From a virus (taxonomy: Duplodnaviria > Heunggongvirae > Uroviricota > Caudoviricetes): 64,000 nucleotides of DNA. A program made the position numbers and the translations under genes. The notes beneath the pieces are model-generated. The model was not told the origin of the DNA. It saw nothing but the letters and a program-made list of their open reading frames with translations, and searched no databases. Below, piece by piece: positions 30,573-41,365 of the stretch. The DNA lies in the IMG/VR virus record IMGVR_UViG_2684623189_000005; one strand, given 5' to 3'. How positions within the stretch are numbered: position 1 is the first letter of the stretch; every line of letters begins with the position of its first letter.

Positions 30573-30901
30573 CAGTTCACCACCTGTTCAAACTCTGCGC
30601 TGAACTCAACACGCAGCATACTGACCCGCGACGACCATTTTGCGCAGGTCACCTTTATCTGCCTGTAACCATAAGGCGGCGTCCACAGAAAGGCCTTCCA
30701 GCCCCCGTGCTCAGCCAGAAACGACTCCAGCGCCGTGGCCTCCTCACGGGAGACAGACAGCGTCACGCTGTACGTTTTCAGGTCAGCGTTCAGCCCGGCA
30801 GGCGCACGCTGGGAATAGCCATCACCAAAGCGCACCTCCCTGACGGAAGGAGCCGATGTCACATCCATCCCGGGTTTCACTTTCCAGCGGAAGGTTTTCA
30901 T
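30572..30901 (-). CDS. M: minor tail protein M
   Basis: 109 aa; lambda M position. Confidence 0.85.
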   Translation of the reverse strand: MKTFRWKVKPGMDVTSAPSVREVRFGDGYSQRAPAGLNADLKTYSVTLSVSREEATALESFLAEHGGWKAFLWTPPYGYRQIKVTCAKWSSRVSMLRVEFSAEFEQVVN

Positions 30902-33459
30902 CGTCCACCTCCGGAGAACAGACCACCATCGCGCATCTGTGCCTGGATTTCATCACGGGCACCCTTGCGGGCCATGTCATACACCGCCTTCATCATCTGT
31001 GGACCTGGCAGACCATTCGTACCGTCGTTCTGAATCACCACGTTGTTGTTCTGCTCAAACCTGATACCCTCTGAACGCCGCATTTGCGCCGGACTTCCGG
31101 TGCCACCGACATAACCGCCGGTGGCATAGCCGCGCATCAGCCGGTAGAGATTTCCCACGCCAATCCGGCTGGTTGCCTCCTTCGTGAAGACAAACTCACC
31201 ACGGTGAACAATCCCCGCTGGCTCATATTTGCCGCCGGTTCCCGTAAATCCTCCGGTTGCAAAATGGAGTTTCGCCGCAGCGGCCTGAATGGCTGTACCG
31301 CCTGACGCGGATGCGCCGCCACCAACAGCCCCGCCAATAGCGCTGCCGATACTCCCGACAATCCCCACCATTGCCTGCTTAAGCAGAATTTCTGTCATCA
31401 TGGACAGCACGGAACGGGTGAAGCTGCGCCAGTTCTGTTCACTGCCGGTCAGCATCGCCGCCATATTCTGCGCAATACCATCAAAGGTCTGCGTGGCAGC
31501 ACTTTTAACCTGCGACATACTGTCCGTGGCACTCTCTTCCCACTCACTCCAGCCGGACTTCAGGCCTGCCATCCAGTTCCCGCGAAGCAGGTCTTCAGCC
31601 GCCCAGGTCTTTTTCTGCTCTGACATGACGTTATTCAGCGCCAGAGGATTATCGCCATACTGTTCCTTCAGGCGCTGTTCCGTGGCTTCCCGTTCTGCCT
31701 GCCGGTCAGTCAGCCCCCGGCTTTTCGCATCAATAGCGGCCCGTTTTGCCCGTTGCTGCTGTGCGAATTTATCCGCCTGCTGCGCCAGCGCGTTCAGGCG
31801 CTCCTGATACGTAACCTTGTCGCCAAGTGCAGCCAGCTGGCGTTTGTACTCCAGCGTCTCATCTTTATGCGCCAGCAGGGATTTCTCCTGTGCAGACAGC
31901 TGGCGACGTTGCGCCGCCTCCTCCAGTACCGCGAACTGACTCTCCGCCTTCCACAAATCCCGGCGCTGCTGGCTGATTTTCTCATTTGCTCCGGCATGCT
32001 TCTCCAGCGTCCGGAGTTCAGCCTGAAGCGTCAGCAGGGCAGCATGAGCACTGTCTTCCTGACGATCGCCCGCAGACACCTTCACGCCGGACTGTTTCGG
32101 CTTTTTCAGCGTCGCTTCATAATCCTTTTTCGCCGCCGCCATCAGCGTGTTGTAATCTGCCTGCAGGATTTTCCCGTCTTTCAGTGCCTTGTTCAGTTCT
32201 TCCTGACGGGCGGTATATTTCTCCAGCGGTGTCTGCAGCCGTTCGTAAGCCTTCTGCGCCTCTTCGGTATATTTCAGCCGTGATGCTTCGGTATCGCTCT
32301 GCTGCTGCGCATTTTTGTCCTGTTGACTCTGCTGTTCAGCCTTCTTTCGGGCGGCTTCAAGCGCAAGACGGGCCTTTTCACGATCATCCCAGTAACGCGC
32401 CCGCGCTTCATCGTTAACAAAATAATCATCCTTGCGCAGATTCCAGATGTCGTCCGCTTTCTTAAACGCAGCCTCTGCCTTAATCAGCATCTCCTGAGCG
32501 GTATCAGGACGACCAATATCCAGCACCGCATCCCACATGGATTTGAATGCCCGTGCTGTCCTGTCTGCCCAGGTTTCCAGCGTGCCCATGTTCTCTTTCA
32601 GGCGTCGGGTCTGGTCATCAAACCCTTTCGTTGCGGCCTCGTTCGCCGCCTGCAATGCCCCGGATTCATCGCCGGAACGCTGCAACTGAGCAACATACGC
32701 AATCTGCTCCGCCGTTACGTTATGGAACTGGCGCGCCATCGCCGTCAGCCCCGACGTCGGGTCAGTGGTCAGCTTCCCGAAGGCTTCAGCGACCTTGTCC
32801 ACCTCCACGCCGGATGCAGAGGAGAAACGCGCCACACTCTGGCTGATGGATGCAATCTGAGCCTCACCGCTTACTCCCGCCTTAACCAGTGCGCTGAGTG
32901 ACTCGCTGGTCTGGTTAAACGTCAGCCCTGCCGCCTGCCCGGCTCTGGACAGGACCAGCATACGATCTGCCGTCAGACCCGACTGATTGCCGGAAAGGAC
33001 CAGCGTTTTGTTGAAATCGGACAGGGTTGAGTTACCCTGATACCAGGCATACGCCAGCGCACCGGTCGCCACCGCCAGCGAGGTGGCCCCGACCATCGGC
33101 AGGGTGATCGCACCGGCAAGCCCCCGGAACATGGGGATCATCCCGCCGAAGGAGTCCTTAACCTGACCACCCTGTTGCAGCAGGATCAGCCACGGGCTTT
33201 GCCCGCCTGCAAGCTGCGTGGCCACGTCGGTGAACTGTGCAGGCAGCATACGCATGGCGGCTTTATACTGCCCGACGGAAATCCCCGCTTTCTGTGCAGC
33301 CAGCGCCTGTCGGCTCAGCGACTGTTCAACGACTGCCGCTGTTTTTTTCGCATCACTTTCCGTACCGGAAAAATGACGCCTGACTCTGGCCATCTGCTCG
33401 TCAAATCTGGCCGCATCCAGACTTAAATCAACGACCAGATCGCCTACCGGTTCAGCCAT
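30898..33459 (-). CDS. H: tail tape measure protein H
   Basis: 853 aa, Ala/Gln-rich coiled coil with Gly-rich C-terminal region; lambda H position. Confidence 0.85.
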   Translation of the reverse strand: MAEPVGDLVVDLSLDAARFDEQMARVRRHFSGTESDAKKTAAVVEQSLSRQALAAQKAGISVGQYKAAMRMLPAQFTDVATQLAGGQSPWLILLQQGGQVKDSFGGMIPMFRGLAGAITLPMVGATSLAVATGALAYAWYQGNSTLSDFNKTLVLSGNQSGLTADRMLVLSRAGQAAGLTFNQTSESLSALVKAGVSGEAQIASISQSVARFSSASGVEVDKVAEAFGKLTTDPTSGLTAMARQFHNVTAEQIAYVAQLQRSGDESGALQAANEAATKGFDDQTRRLKENMGTLETWADRTARAFKSMWDAVLDIGRPDTAQEMLIKAEAAFKKADDIWNLRKDDYFVNDEARARYWDDREKARLALEAARKKAEQQSQQDKNAQQQSDTEASRLKYTEEAQKAYERLQTPLEKYTARQEELNKALKDGKILQADYNTLMAAAKKDYEATLKKPKQSGVKVSAGDRQEDSAHAALLTLQAELRTLEKHAGANEKISQQRRDLWKAESQFAVLEEAAQRRQLSAQEKSLLAHKDETLEYKRQLAALGDKVTYQERLNALAQQADKFAQQQRAKRAAIDAKSRGLTDRQAEREATEQRLKEQYGDNPLALNNVMSEQKKTWAAEDLLRGNWMAGLKSGWSEWEESATDSMSQVKSAATQTFDGIAQNMAAMLTGSEQNWRSFTRSVLSMMTEILLKQAMVGIVGSIGSAIGGAVGGGASASGGTAIQAAAAKLHFATGGFTGTGGKYEPAGIVHRGEFVFTKEATSRIGVGNLYRLMRGYATGGYVGGTGSPAQMRRSEGIRFEQNNNVVIQNDGTNGLPGPQMMKAVYDMARKGARDEIQAQMRDGGLFSGGGR

Positions 33460-33886
33460 ACCGGACTCCTCCTGCGATCCCTTCTGATACTGTCATCAGC
33501 ATTACGTCATCCTCCGTCATGCCCGCCATATCCGGGGAAGCGGGGATAACTTCATTTCCGTCCGGGTCAAAGCGGACGCCTCCGGTAAGCCCTGCCGCTT
33601 TCTGCATCAGCACATCATCTTCAGGCTCTTCGTCATCCTCACGCCGGTTCAGCAAACTGAAATCCAGCGGATGCATATCCGGATCGCTGAAAAACAGGCT
33701 GAGCACAGTGTACGTCAGCCCGGAAAAGTGCATATCCAGCAGAACATCATGAAAATAATGGGTACTGTAAAAGCGGTGCCAGTCGGCATACTCCGTGGAT
33801 GACATCCCGGCAAGCATGGCGCGCCAGTCAGGTCGCCCCATCTCTCGCGCCAGTTTCAGGGCAAAACTCAGCTCACCGTCGAACAC
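33452..33886 (-). CDS. T: distal ORF of the G-T frameshift fusion (tail assembly chaperone GT)
   Basis: ORF in -1 frame relative to G, overlapping the G 3' end and the slippery site. Confidence 0.7.
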   Translation of the reverse strand: MFDGELSFALKLAREMGRPDWRAMLAGMSSTEYADWHRFYSTHYFHDVLLDMHFSGLTYTVLSLFFSDPDMHPLDFSLLNRREDDEEPEDDVLMQKAAGLTGGVRFDPDGNEVIPASPDMAGMTEDDVMLMTVSEGIAGGVRYG

Positions 33887-34290
33887 TTTCCCGCAGAAAC
33901 AGGCTCTGCAGGCCCGGAGTCCTCTGCCTGGTCAGGGGCATCATTCACCACAAACCCATACATACCGGACAGCCGGTACACCACGTTTTCAGCATGAGAA
34001 ATTGCCTCCGCGGGCCAGGTGGTAAGCACTTCCTGCTCAATCTGTTTAACGGCTTCATTCATGGAAGGCTGCTTTGTCTTCTGCGGATGGTTATGCCACA
34101 GGGACATCGCCACCACAAAAGCACCGGTTCTGATGGCGTCTTCCACAGTAACCTGCCGGTTGCTGTCTGACTCCGCCTGTTCTGCCTGCTGTTTCATCAG
34201 GGCGAGATGCTCAATACGCTGCAGGGCTGACAGTTCAGAAAGCGTGACGGTCACGCCGTTATGTTCAAATGATTCGGTTTTCAGGAACAT
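33868..34290 (-). CDS. G: tail assembly chaperone G
   Basis: 140 aa; MFLKTESFEHNGVTVTLSELSALQRIEHLALMK... matches lambda G. Confidence 0.85.
   Translation of the reverse strand: MFLKTESFEHNGVTVTLSELSALQRIEHLALMKQQAEQAESDSNRQVTVEDAIRTGAFVVAMSLWHNHPQKTKQPSMNEAVKQIEQEVLTTWPAEAISHAENVVYRLSGMYGFVVNDAPDQAEDSGPAEPVSAGKCSTVS
33886..33892 (-). other. programmed -1 ribosomal frameshift slippery heptamer G GGA AAG (G to G-T)
   Basis: Minus-strand GGGAAAG lies 5 codons before the G stop (codons A-G-K-C-S-T-V-S-stop), as in lambda. Confidence 0.75.
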
Positions 34291-34305
34291 CGCTGACTCT
34301 CCGGA

Positions 34306-35046
34306 TTAACTGTCGGTGACAGTGATTTCTGCAACCGCAGCAAGTTCACCATTACCGGATACAACCGGAATGTTGACCTTGCCTGCAGCAACGCCGTTCA
34401 CGGTGATGGTCATACCACTGACCGACACGGTGGCTTTTGTTTTATCCGCTGACACCGCACGGAAGCTCTTGTCAGTTGCGCCCTCCGGCTGGAAGGCCAC
34501 GGTCAGCGTGGTGCTCTGCCCTTTCACCACCGAGGAGCTGGCAGGCGTCACGGTCATACCGGTTGCCGCCGTCACCGTACTGCGATCTTCTGCCATTGAC
34601 GGACGGCCCACATTGGTGACCTTCACCGTACGGGTGATCACTTCCTTCGCCGTCACCGCCTTACCGATACTGCTGACCCAGCCACGGAACACATCGACCG
34701 TGCCGTTCGGGAAGCGGATTTTATAGGCACGGGTATCACCTTCATTAAACCACGCCAGCAGCGCCTGCTGCCCCTGCTCTCCGGGCATCCACGCCAGCGT
34801 GAAGCTGGTATCTCCGGCGGATTTCTGCCCCTGCCCGGTCGCGGTCCAGTCCGCATCTTCATCATCGAGATAACTGTCGTCATAGGACTCAGCGGTCAGT
34901 TCGCCGGGCGTCAGGTCTTTAATTTTTGCCAGACGCGACCAGTCATTGTCTGAAAGCGGGTTTGCATAAGGGTCGCCGCTCCCGTTATAAACCCACAGTG
35001 TGGTCCCGGCCCCTTTCACCGGTGCCAGAGGATTTGGTGTTGGCAT
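34306..35046 (-). CDS. V: major tail protein V (with C-terminal Ig-like domain)
   Basis: Internal ATG gives [20 protein letters not shown]..., matching lambda V. Confidence 0.85.
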   Translation of the reverse strand: MPTPNPLAPVKGAGTTLWVYNGSGDPYANPLSDNDWSRLAKIKDLTPGELTAESYDDSYLDDEDADWTATGQGQKSAGDTSFTLAWMPGEQGQQALLAWFNEGDTRAYKIRFPNGTVDVFRGWVSSIGKAVTAKEVITRTVKVTNVGRPSMAEDRSTVTAATGMTVTPASSSVVKGQSTTLTVAFQPEGATDKSFRAVSADKTKATVSVSGMTITVNGVAAGKVNIPVVSGNGELAAVAEITVTDS

Positions 35047-35053
35047 ATCGTCC

Positions 35054-35449
35054 TCACATTTCATAGGTAATGACATAAGTCAGATCGGCTGAACTCCACA
35101 GGCCCGCATCATCGTCGCGCCGGTAGTCATAGCCACTGGCCACCATACTGGTGATCAAATCTGACAGTGCCGGGATATCGCTCATCACCGGATAAATCCG
35201 GGACTCCATCCACGAATCCAGCTCTGAATCCGGCACCTGAGCAGGCAGGAAAACTTCAATATGCAGCTCCGCCTGCCAGGTATCGCTGTCCAGCTCTTCG
35301 CCCGTGTATTCAGCGCCGGTGAGATAAACGGCAATTGCCGGAAAATCTTCCTCATCAAAAACAGCAGGGCGACCATCAAAAAGCGTCGCCCCGGTGTCAT
35401 GCTTCTCCAGTGCATCCAGTACGGCTGCACGGAGTTCAGTATGTTTCAT
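35054..35449 (-). CDS. U: tail terminator protein U
   Basis: 131 aa; lambda U position and sequence character. Confidence 0.8.
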   Translation of the reverse strand: MKHTELRAAVLDALEKHDTGATLFDGRPAVFDEEDFPAIAVYLTGAEYTGEELDSDTWQAELHIEVFLPAQVPDSELDSWMESRIYPVMSDIPALSDLITSMVASGYDYRRDDDAGLWSSADLTYVITYEM

Positions 35450-36024
35450 CGCTTTATTACCATTCTCAGTTGATGCTGCAGCGCATAGCCCAGCTCTTTC
35501 GGAAGACGCTCACGCCGTATCCGCTCAATATTCTGTTTAAACGCCGTGGTCAGCGGCACCGCCATCGGGATTTTCACCACATCAATGGGGTAACGGTTTT
35601 TCCCGGCCACACGCTGCATGACATGCCACCGGCCATTTTTCAGTTGCTGAATAAACGCGCCGGGAATACGACGGTTTCCCACCACAAGCACGCTGCCGCC
35701 ACCTTTCAGGGATGAACGCTGCCCCTTTTTACGACGCCTGCGTCGGGACAGGACAACCCGCGCGTTACCCAGCCTGATTACGGGCAAATCCCCCCGGTTA
35801 ACTTTGATTCTGGCCTGCGGATTTTTGACCGTGGCCCTTTTCAGCCTGGCCCTTTCCTTTACCAGTTTCCGGCGTACCTTTGTCTCACGGGCAACCAGTG
35901 ACGCCGACTGCGATATCGCGGATGAAGCAACGCGGTTAATGGCCATTGCGGCGGCACCAGGCACTGCCGTTTTGCTGATACGGCTGAGGTTTTCAACGGC
36001 CTGCTCAAGACCTTTTATGGCCAT
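35446..36024 (-). CDS. Z: tail completion protein Z
   Basis: Internal ATG gives MAIKGLEQAVENLSRISKTAVPGAAAMAINRV..., matching lambda Z. Confidence 0.8.
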   Translation of the reverse strand: MAIKGLEQAVENLSRISKTAVPGAAAMAINRVASSAISQSASLVARETKVRRKLVKERARLKRATVKNPQARIKVNRGDLPVIRLGNARVVLSRRRRRKKGQRSSLKGGGSVLVVGNRRIPGAFIQQLKNGRWHVMQRVAGKNRYPIDVVKIPMAVPLTTAFKQNIERIRRERLPKELGYALQHQLRMVIKR

Positions 36025-36035
36025 ACATCCCCCTT

Positions 36036-36389
36036 TCAGCGGCGACGGCTGGCGGCAGGTGGTTGCCCCCGGTTGAGCCAGAGATAACAACTCCCTCCGT
36101 CATCCGGAGAAACACGGTCCACCCAGAACATCTCGCCGTTAATGGTCAGCGTGTCACCACGCCGTACAGCACAAACCGTATCCGTAAGCACAAATAATGA
36201 CGGGTTACTTCCTTCAATACGGATCCCACTACTGGCAAAACCCAGCGACTCCGGATCGTCAAAAACGCCATGAACCTCGCCGCCACGCTGTGCACCGGAG
36301 GTGAACTGCGCACTGATGCCCATCACTTCAACAATCGTACTGTCCACCCCGGCAAGGGCGGCATCAAAGGCATTCTGAAAATCACGCAT
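36036..36389 (-). CDS. FII: head-tail joining protein FII
   Basis: Internal ATG gives MRDFQNAFDAALAGVDSTIVEVMG... ending ...WVDRVSPDDGGSCYLWLNRGQPPAASRRR, as in lambda FII. Confidence 0.85.
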   Translation of the reverse strand: MRDFQNAFDAALAGVDSTIVEVMGISAQFTSGAQRGGEVHGVFDDPESLGFASSGIRIEGSNPSLFVLTDTVCAVRRGDTLTINGEMFWVDRVSPDDGGSCYLWLNRGQPPAASRRR

Positions 36390-36756
36390 AAACAGCCATT
36401 CCACCATCAACGTGTGTTTTTGCATCTGAGGACATAATCAGAATCACCCGACCAACATCCGCAAGCTCAACGGATTCCCCCGTTTCACCATCAACGCCAC
36501 AGAGATGGAGGCAGGTCAGAACTCTGATGCGCGTTAACGCGCCGGATGTTTCCTCACGAACATCATGAGCCGCGGTTTCCCGCTCCCGGATATCCATATT
36601 CATAACCTGTACATCATCGCCGGATGACTGCATTTCCTCTTCCCATTCTGCCACCCGCTGCGCTATCTCTGCGGCACTCCCGGATATATCCGGCTCACGC
36701 CCCAGAATCAGGGCCAGTTCATCAAGCCGTTTCAGATTTTGCTCTTTCGTTGCCAT
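36382..36756 (-). CDS. FI: DNA packaging protein FI
   Basis: ATG at 36754-36756 preceded by AGGGGG; lambda FI position; sequence only moderately lambda-like. Confidence 0.65.
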   Translation of the reverse strand: MATKEQNLKRLDELALILGREPDISGSAAEIAQRVAEWEEEMQSSGDDVQVMNMDIRERETAAHDVREETSGALTRIRVLTCLHLCGVDGETGESVELADVGRVILIMSSDAKTHVDGGMAVYA

Positions 36757-36807
36757 ATCAGCCCCCTGTGAAAAAAGACACGGGGGCATTTCGCCCCCGC
36801 TCACGGA

Positions 36808-37836
36808 TTATTTCACCTGTACCACCACAAACTCATCCGGGTCCGGCAACACCATCAGCGGCGCGGACTGCGTCATGGTAAATTCACGGGCGGGATCCCC
36901 TACCGTCAGCCAGTGTTTCGGATAACGGGAAGAGGCCACCACACCTTCGGACAACGCCTGAGCATCCTGAATGGCACCGTAACAACGGATCCCATCTGCA
37001 GCAGTATTCCCCAGAACCAGCATGCCATCTGGAAGATAACGTTTTTCGATACCGTCTTCTGCTATATAAGACGTTTTCGCCACCACAATGGCCAGATCGC
37101 CGTAATACCCCTTGAAGGACACCACTGCGCCCAGATCTTTCACTGCCGTTTCGAGTTGAGAATTTGAACCGCGACGGGTATCCAGTTTTTCGCGGAACAG
37201 CTTAAAACCATTCAGAAGACGCCAGACGGTACCGTCCATAATGGCAATATTCACAAGACCGCTGGCCAGGTCGCAGTAGAGGTCAATATCATGTGTAGGA
37301 TCGAACGTGTCACGATCCTGTTTTGACCACTCCTTACCACTACCCTGAGTGATGTTATTCTTCGTCGACCTGCCAAAATCGACCTCAATTTTCTCGAACT
37401 GGTCTCCTTCCATGGTGTATTTGCCATACAACACAGCATTTACCGCCTGCATTTCTTCCACCTGGACAATCGCGTGCTCTTCCTGTTTGAGGTTATCGGT
37501 AATGATACGCAGACGGCGGTAAGCCGGATCATTCAGTTGAGATGGATCTTCACCAGGAAGGCGCTCAACCGCCTGCTGGTAATTAAATTCGTGTTTCGGC
37601 TTGACGTAGCCCGGACGCAACACGCGGGTTTCACCACCACGATGACGCAGCACTTTTCCTTCAACAACCGGGGAGACATAGGCCGCCACCGGCGTTTTTC
37701 CGGTAATTTTGTCCAGCATCACCTCTTCGGTATGGAAATTCACCGTACGGCGGAAAAACAGCTCCAGAAACAGCGCACGAAATTTAACTTTTTGTTCGGT
37801 ATAACCGAGTAACTGGCGGGTCGTAAACAATCCCAT
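36808..37836 (-). CDS. E: major capsid protein E
   Basis: 342 aa; closely matches lambda gpE (e.g. ...AIVQVEEMQAVNAVLYGKYTMEGDQFEKIEVDFGRSTKNNITQ...). Confidence 0.9.
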   Translation of the reverse strand: MGLFTTRQLLGYTEQKVKFRALFLELFFRRTVNFHTEEVMLDKITGKTPVAAYVSPVVEGKVLRHRGGETRVLRPGYVKPKHEFNYQQAVERLPGEDPSQLNDPAYRRLRIITDNLKQEEHAIVQVEEMQAVNAVLYGKYTMEGDQFEKIEVDFGRSTKNNITQGSGKEWSKQDRDTFDPTHDIDLYCDLASGLVNIAIMDGTVWRLLNGFKLFREKLDTRRGSNSQLETAVKDLGAVVSFKGYYGDLAIVVAKTSYIAEDGIEKRYLPDGMLVLGNTAADGIRCYGAIQDAQALSEGVVASSRYPKHWLTVGDPAREFTMTQSAPLMVLPDPDEFVVVQVK

Positions 37837-37893
37837 AAATCAGTTCCTTTCATTCAGAAATCAGTCAGGCCACCGCGGTGGCCTGATAACGTG

Positions 37894-38241
37894 TTACGGC
37901 AGCGCCGCGTGACTCAGGGCACTGCCAGCAAAGGCGTTGGCCTTTTTGTGTTCATCCACACTTTCAGGCCAGTGGATTGCCTCCGTCGCAAAGGTTCCCG
38001 ACTTGTAATACGTCAGCGCCGTCTCTGTGCCTTCAAGCGGCAGTACCAGTATGCCAACCGCACTACCGGCTTTCTGTCCGTCCCAGACCACCAGTTTCCC
38101 GGTGGCTTCATCCAGCATCAGGGGCGTCAGTGCCGGTGTTGGCGAGGAAATCCCGCTGCTGCCTGTGGCGGTATGAGCCGGATCATTACCGGCAAAAATA
38201 CGTACTTCCGCACGCTGTTCAGTGATGGTTTTCGTCACCAT
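37894..38241 (-). CDS. D: head decoration protein D
   Basis: 115 aa; ...NDPAHTATGSSGISSPTPALTPLMLDEATGKLVVWDG... matches lambda gpD. Confidence 0.85.
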   Translation of the reverse strand: MVTKTITEQRAEVRIFAGNDPAHTATGSSGISSPTPALTPLMLDEATGKLVVWDGQKAGSAVGILVLPLEGTETALTYYKSGTFATEAIHWPESVDEHKKANAFAGSALSHAALP

Positions 38242-38277
38242 ATTGTAAAAACCTCCTATTGATGGTCAGCACTGACT

Positions 38278-39783
38278 TCATGGCATGGCCATGAGCATTT
38301 TCACGTCCGCATCACCGTCTGCTGACGTCTGTGCCACGCCACCCTGTACCGCTGCCGGTGAATGGTTCGCCATGAAATGTTCAAACATGGCGGTTGTGGA
38401 TGCAGAGACCGGTTCTGCCTTACCTGATCCCGCAGCCAGCACAGCCCGGGCGCTCTCCACTGTCATTCCCGGGCAGGCAGCCAGCTGTTCAGCCTGCGCC
38501 TCAGCCCCTTTTGCCTCATCCAGTGCCATGATCTGATCACGGAGTGATGGTCCGGCATCCGCCTGCGGTGAAGCAGCCAGGATCGGGCGGGCTTTTTCCA
38601 CCGTCATCTCCGGCATCGCCGCCAGCGTTGCCGCCAGTTGTTCACGACCGTTCGCTTCTTCACACACCATAATGCGATCGGCTTCACTCTGCGTGGATGC
38701 CACCGGCTGCTGCGGTGCCGCCGCGGCCAGAATCGCCCGGGCCTGTTCAACGCTCATGCCCTGTTGTCCTGCCAGCATCGTGGCAAGCTGTTCACGTCCT
38801 TTCGCTTCCTGGCATGTCAGGATCCCCATCACTCGCTGGTTCTCCTGCGCGGCGGCTTCCGTTGCAGTTAATTGCGGCATAGTGCCTCCTCTGACATTAC
38901 TGTTCAGCGCCGTGGCCATCACACTGATGGCATCCGACGCATTGATTAATTCATCCGCCAGCCCGGCCTCAATGCCGGACTGACCTTCAAAAACGGCAGC
39001 CTCTGTTCCCGTGACGGCATCAACAGACAGACCGGTATACATCGCCACTTTTTCGGCAAACATCCGGCGCGCCGCATCAATCCGCTGCTGCATGTCCTGG
39101 CGAACCTCTGCCGGCAACGCTTCAAACTGATTGCCATCCACCTTGTGCGCCCCTGAGTAAATCAGCGTGATATCCACACCGGCCTGCGCCAGATGACCGG
39201 CATAGCTGACATGGCTCATCATCACGCCAATGGAGCCGATACGGGATGTCTGGGTAACCAGCCGTCGGGAGCAGGCCGACGCCAGCAGCATGGCTGCAGA
39301 ACAGGCCGTGTCATTGCACAGTGCCCAGACCGGCTTCTGCTGACGGAGGCGGTAAATCATGTCAGCGCAGTCAAACGCGCCGGCGGCCTGCCCGCCCGGA
39401 CTGTCAATGTCCAGCAGTACGCCCCGCACCTGGCTATCCGCCATTGCCTGCTGAAGACAGGCGACAATGCCGTCATAGCCTGTCATTCCGGAAAATGGCC
39501 GCATACCACCCAGCCGGTGCACCAGCGTGCCGGTCACCGGCAGTACAGCAATACCGTTCACCACCCGGTAAACACGGGCCGGTCGTTTACCTCCGGCCAT
39601 GTACTCGTCCGTTTCAGCCAGCATTCCGGGAGCATCAAACTGTACCTGCTGTTGTGGTACCGAAAGACTTGCTGCCCCCATCTCGCGCCCGAGCGCGCAA
39701 AAGAAAACCCGCGCATAGGCGGGCTCCAGAAGCAGCGGTTCATTGAATGCTGCGGCAATAATGTGTGAAAGATTACGTCTCAC
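38278..39783 (-). CDS. C: head protease/minor capsid protein C (S49 family), with in-frame scaffold Nu3 region at the C-terminus
   Basis: 501 aa; ...AFNEPLLLEPAYARVFFCAL... and ...RIMGILTCQEAKGREQLA... match lambda C/Nu3. Confidence 0.85.
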   Translation of the reverse strand: MRRNLSHIIAAAFNEPLLLEPAYARVFFCALGREMGAASLSVPQQQVQFDAPGMLAETDEYMAGGKRPARVYRVVNGIAVLPVTGTLVHRLGGMRPFSGMTGYDGIVACLQQAMADSQVRGVLLDIDSPGGQAAGAFDCADMIYRLRQQKPVWALCNDTACSAAMLLASACSRRLVTQTSRIGSIGVMMSHVSYAGHLAQAGVDITLIYSGAHKVDGNQFEALPAEVRQDMQQRIDAARRMFAEKVAMYTGLSVDAVTGTEAAVFEGQSGIEAGLADELINASDAISVMATALNSNVRGGTMPQLTATEAAAQENQRVMGILTCQEAKGREQLATMLAGQQGMSVEQARAILAAAAPQQPVASTQSEADRIMVCEEANGREQLAATLAAMPEMTVEKARPILAASPQADAGPSLRDQIMALDEAKGAEAQAEQLAACPGMTVESARAVLAAGSGKAEPVSASTTAMFEHFMANHSPAAVQGGVAQTSADGDADVKMLMAMP

Positions 39784-41365
39784 GTGGTGTTGTCTCCTCT
39801 TCCGGCCTACGACTCTCCGCTATCTGCTGCTGATACGCCTGCTCTATCCACACCGGACGTGAGAGTCCGGCTTTTTGCCGCTCTGCAGATTCCCTGACCT
39901 GCTGGCGGAAAATGTCCTGATAATCCTCGCCCATCAGCGCCAGCTCTTTCTCATACGTGCTCAGTCCGGCCTCAATGCGCATCACTGATTCCTGGACTTC
40001 CTTGAGCCCGTCAATGGCCATTCTTCCGGCACCAATCCACTCTGCCCGTGACCAGGCTGATCGCGCCTGATAAAAATCAAAACGTGCCCGTGGCGGACGA
40101 ATAATCCCCCGAAGAAGTGCCTCTTCCAGCCAGCAGGAAAACATCTGCGTGGCCAGCCGGGCCGCAATAAATTTTCGCCGCCCCATAAAATAGCGCCACG
40201 ACTCATTGGCGGAGGCGCGGGCACTTGAGTAACTGACCTTCGAGTAATCACGGGACAACTGTTCGTAGGAAACGCCAAGACCGGCGGCGATATACCGCAG
40301 CAGCGCCTGTTCAAGCGCAGAAAATCCATTGTCTGAATCCTGCGCAGTCTGTAGTTTCAGATCATCACCAGGGAAAAGGTGCGGAATTTTGACACCGCCC
40401 AGTGTCACGTTATTCGTGTCATACCAGCTGGAAAACTTCTCCAGAATATTAATAAGCGGATTATCCTTCTGCTCCTGTGGCGCGCCGGCGATATATTCAA
40501 AGGCCTTTTCGGTATCAAGTTCACTTTCAATCGTCGCTGCATACATCGCCTTCACTATGGCCGACTGAAGCTGTGTTGCCTGCAGGGAATCGAGCATCTT
40601 CAGCCGTTCCATGACGCTGTAAAACTGATTAGCCCCACGGGTCTGCCCGTCCTCCACCGGCTCGAAAATATGCAGCATGGCCGGACGCCCGGTGGGAAGT
40701 TCACGCGGGATCCGTTCCCATCGTCCACTACCAGAGAACGGAAAATCATCCTCACAGATATGGTACGCGACGGCACGGCCATATCGATCGACCTCCACAC
40801 CGGCCCGCAGAAAACGGTTCCCCATACCGTGTCCAGGCGTGTCCACCCGTTTCGGACTCACGGCTTTAAAACGCGTACGGAATAACTGCGTGGTTTCCGT
40901 ATCCCAGACCGGCTGCACAAAGATTTCGCCGTTAAACGCATGAACGCCCACACCTTCACGGATAAATTCCGTGAACGTGCGTTTTCCTTCCACGTCGATC
41001 TCGCCAAACATCCCTTCGGCGTATTCCGACCAGGCCGCCTCCACCTCATCGACAAAGCTTTTTGCTGCGGTCTCCCGCATCCCCAGCCAGCGCCAGTTCG
41101 GACGGTAGCTGATCAGAAACATATGCCCGACAATGTGATCCTTATGCAGAGCCACCGCATTAGCCGCTATTCCGTTATTGCGCACCAGATCATCTGCCCG
41201 GGCATTCCCCAGACGCAACGCGGGCAGCAGGGCCGCATCGGCACTCTGCGCCGGTGGCAACCACTCAGCCATTTGCCCGCCAAATCCTGCACCGCCCCCG
41301 TTGTAGCTGAGACTCTCACGAAGCGGAACGCCGTTCACATCAATCAGGACAGGCGTTCGTTTCAT
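39773..41365 (-). CDS. B: portal protein B
   Basis: Internal ATG gives MKRTPVLIDVNGVPLRESLSYNGGGAGFGGQ...; strong match to lambda gpB; start adjoins the W stop. Confidence 0.9.
   Translation of the reverse strand: MKRTPVLIDVNGVPLRESLSYNGGGAGFGGQMAEWLPPAQSADAALLPALRLGNARADDLVRNNGIAANAVALHKDHIVGHMFLISYRPNWRWLGMRETAAKSFVDEVEAAWSEYAEGMFGEIDVEGKRTFTEFIREGVGVHAFNGEIFVQPVWDTETTQLFRTRFKAVSPKRVDTPGHGMGNRFLRAGVEVDRYGRAVAYHICEDDFPFSGSGRWERIPRELPTGRPAMLHIFEPVEDGQTRGANQFYSVMERLKMLDSLQATQLQSAIVKAMYAATIESELDTEKAFEYIAGAPQEQKDNPLINILEKFSSWYDTNNVTLGGVKIPHLFPGDDLKLQTAQDSDNGFSALEQALLRYIAAGLGVSYEQLSRDYSKVSYSSARASANESWRYFMGRRKFIAARLATQMFSCWLEEALLRGIIRPPRARFDFYQARSAWSRAEWIGAGRMAIDGLKEVQESVMRIEAGLSTYEKELALMGEDYQDIFRQQVRESAERQKAGLSRPVWIEQAYQQQIAESRRPEEETTPRET

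Noticed and set aside
31289-32901. Several 150-190-aa plus-strand ORFs
   Set aside because: All antisense within the tape measure gene H; repetitive Arg/Leu/Cys-rich translations.
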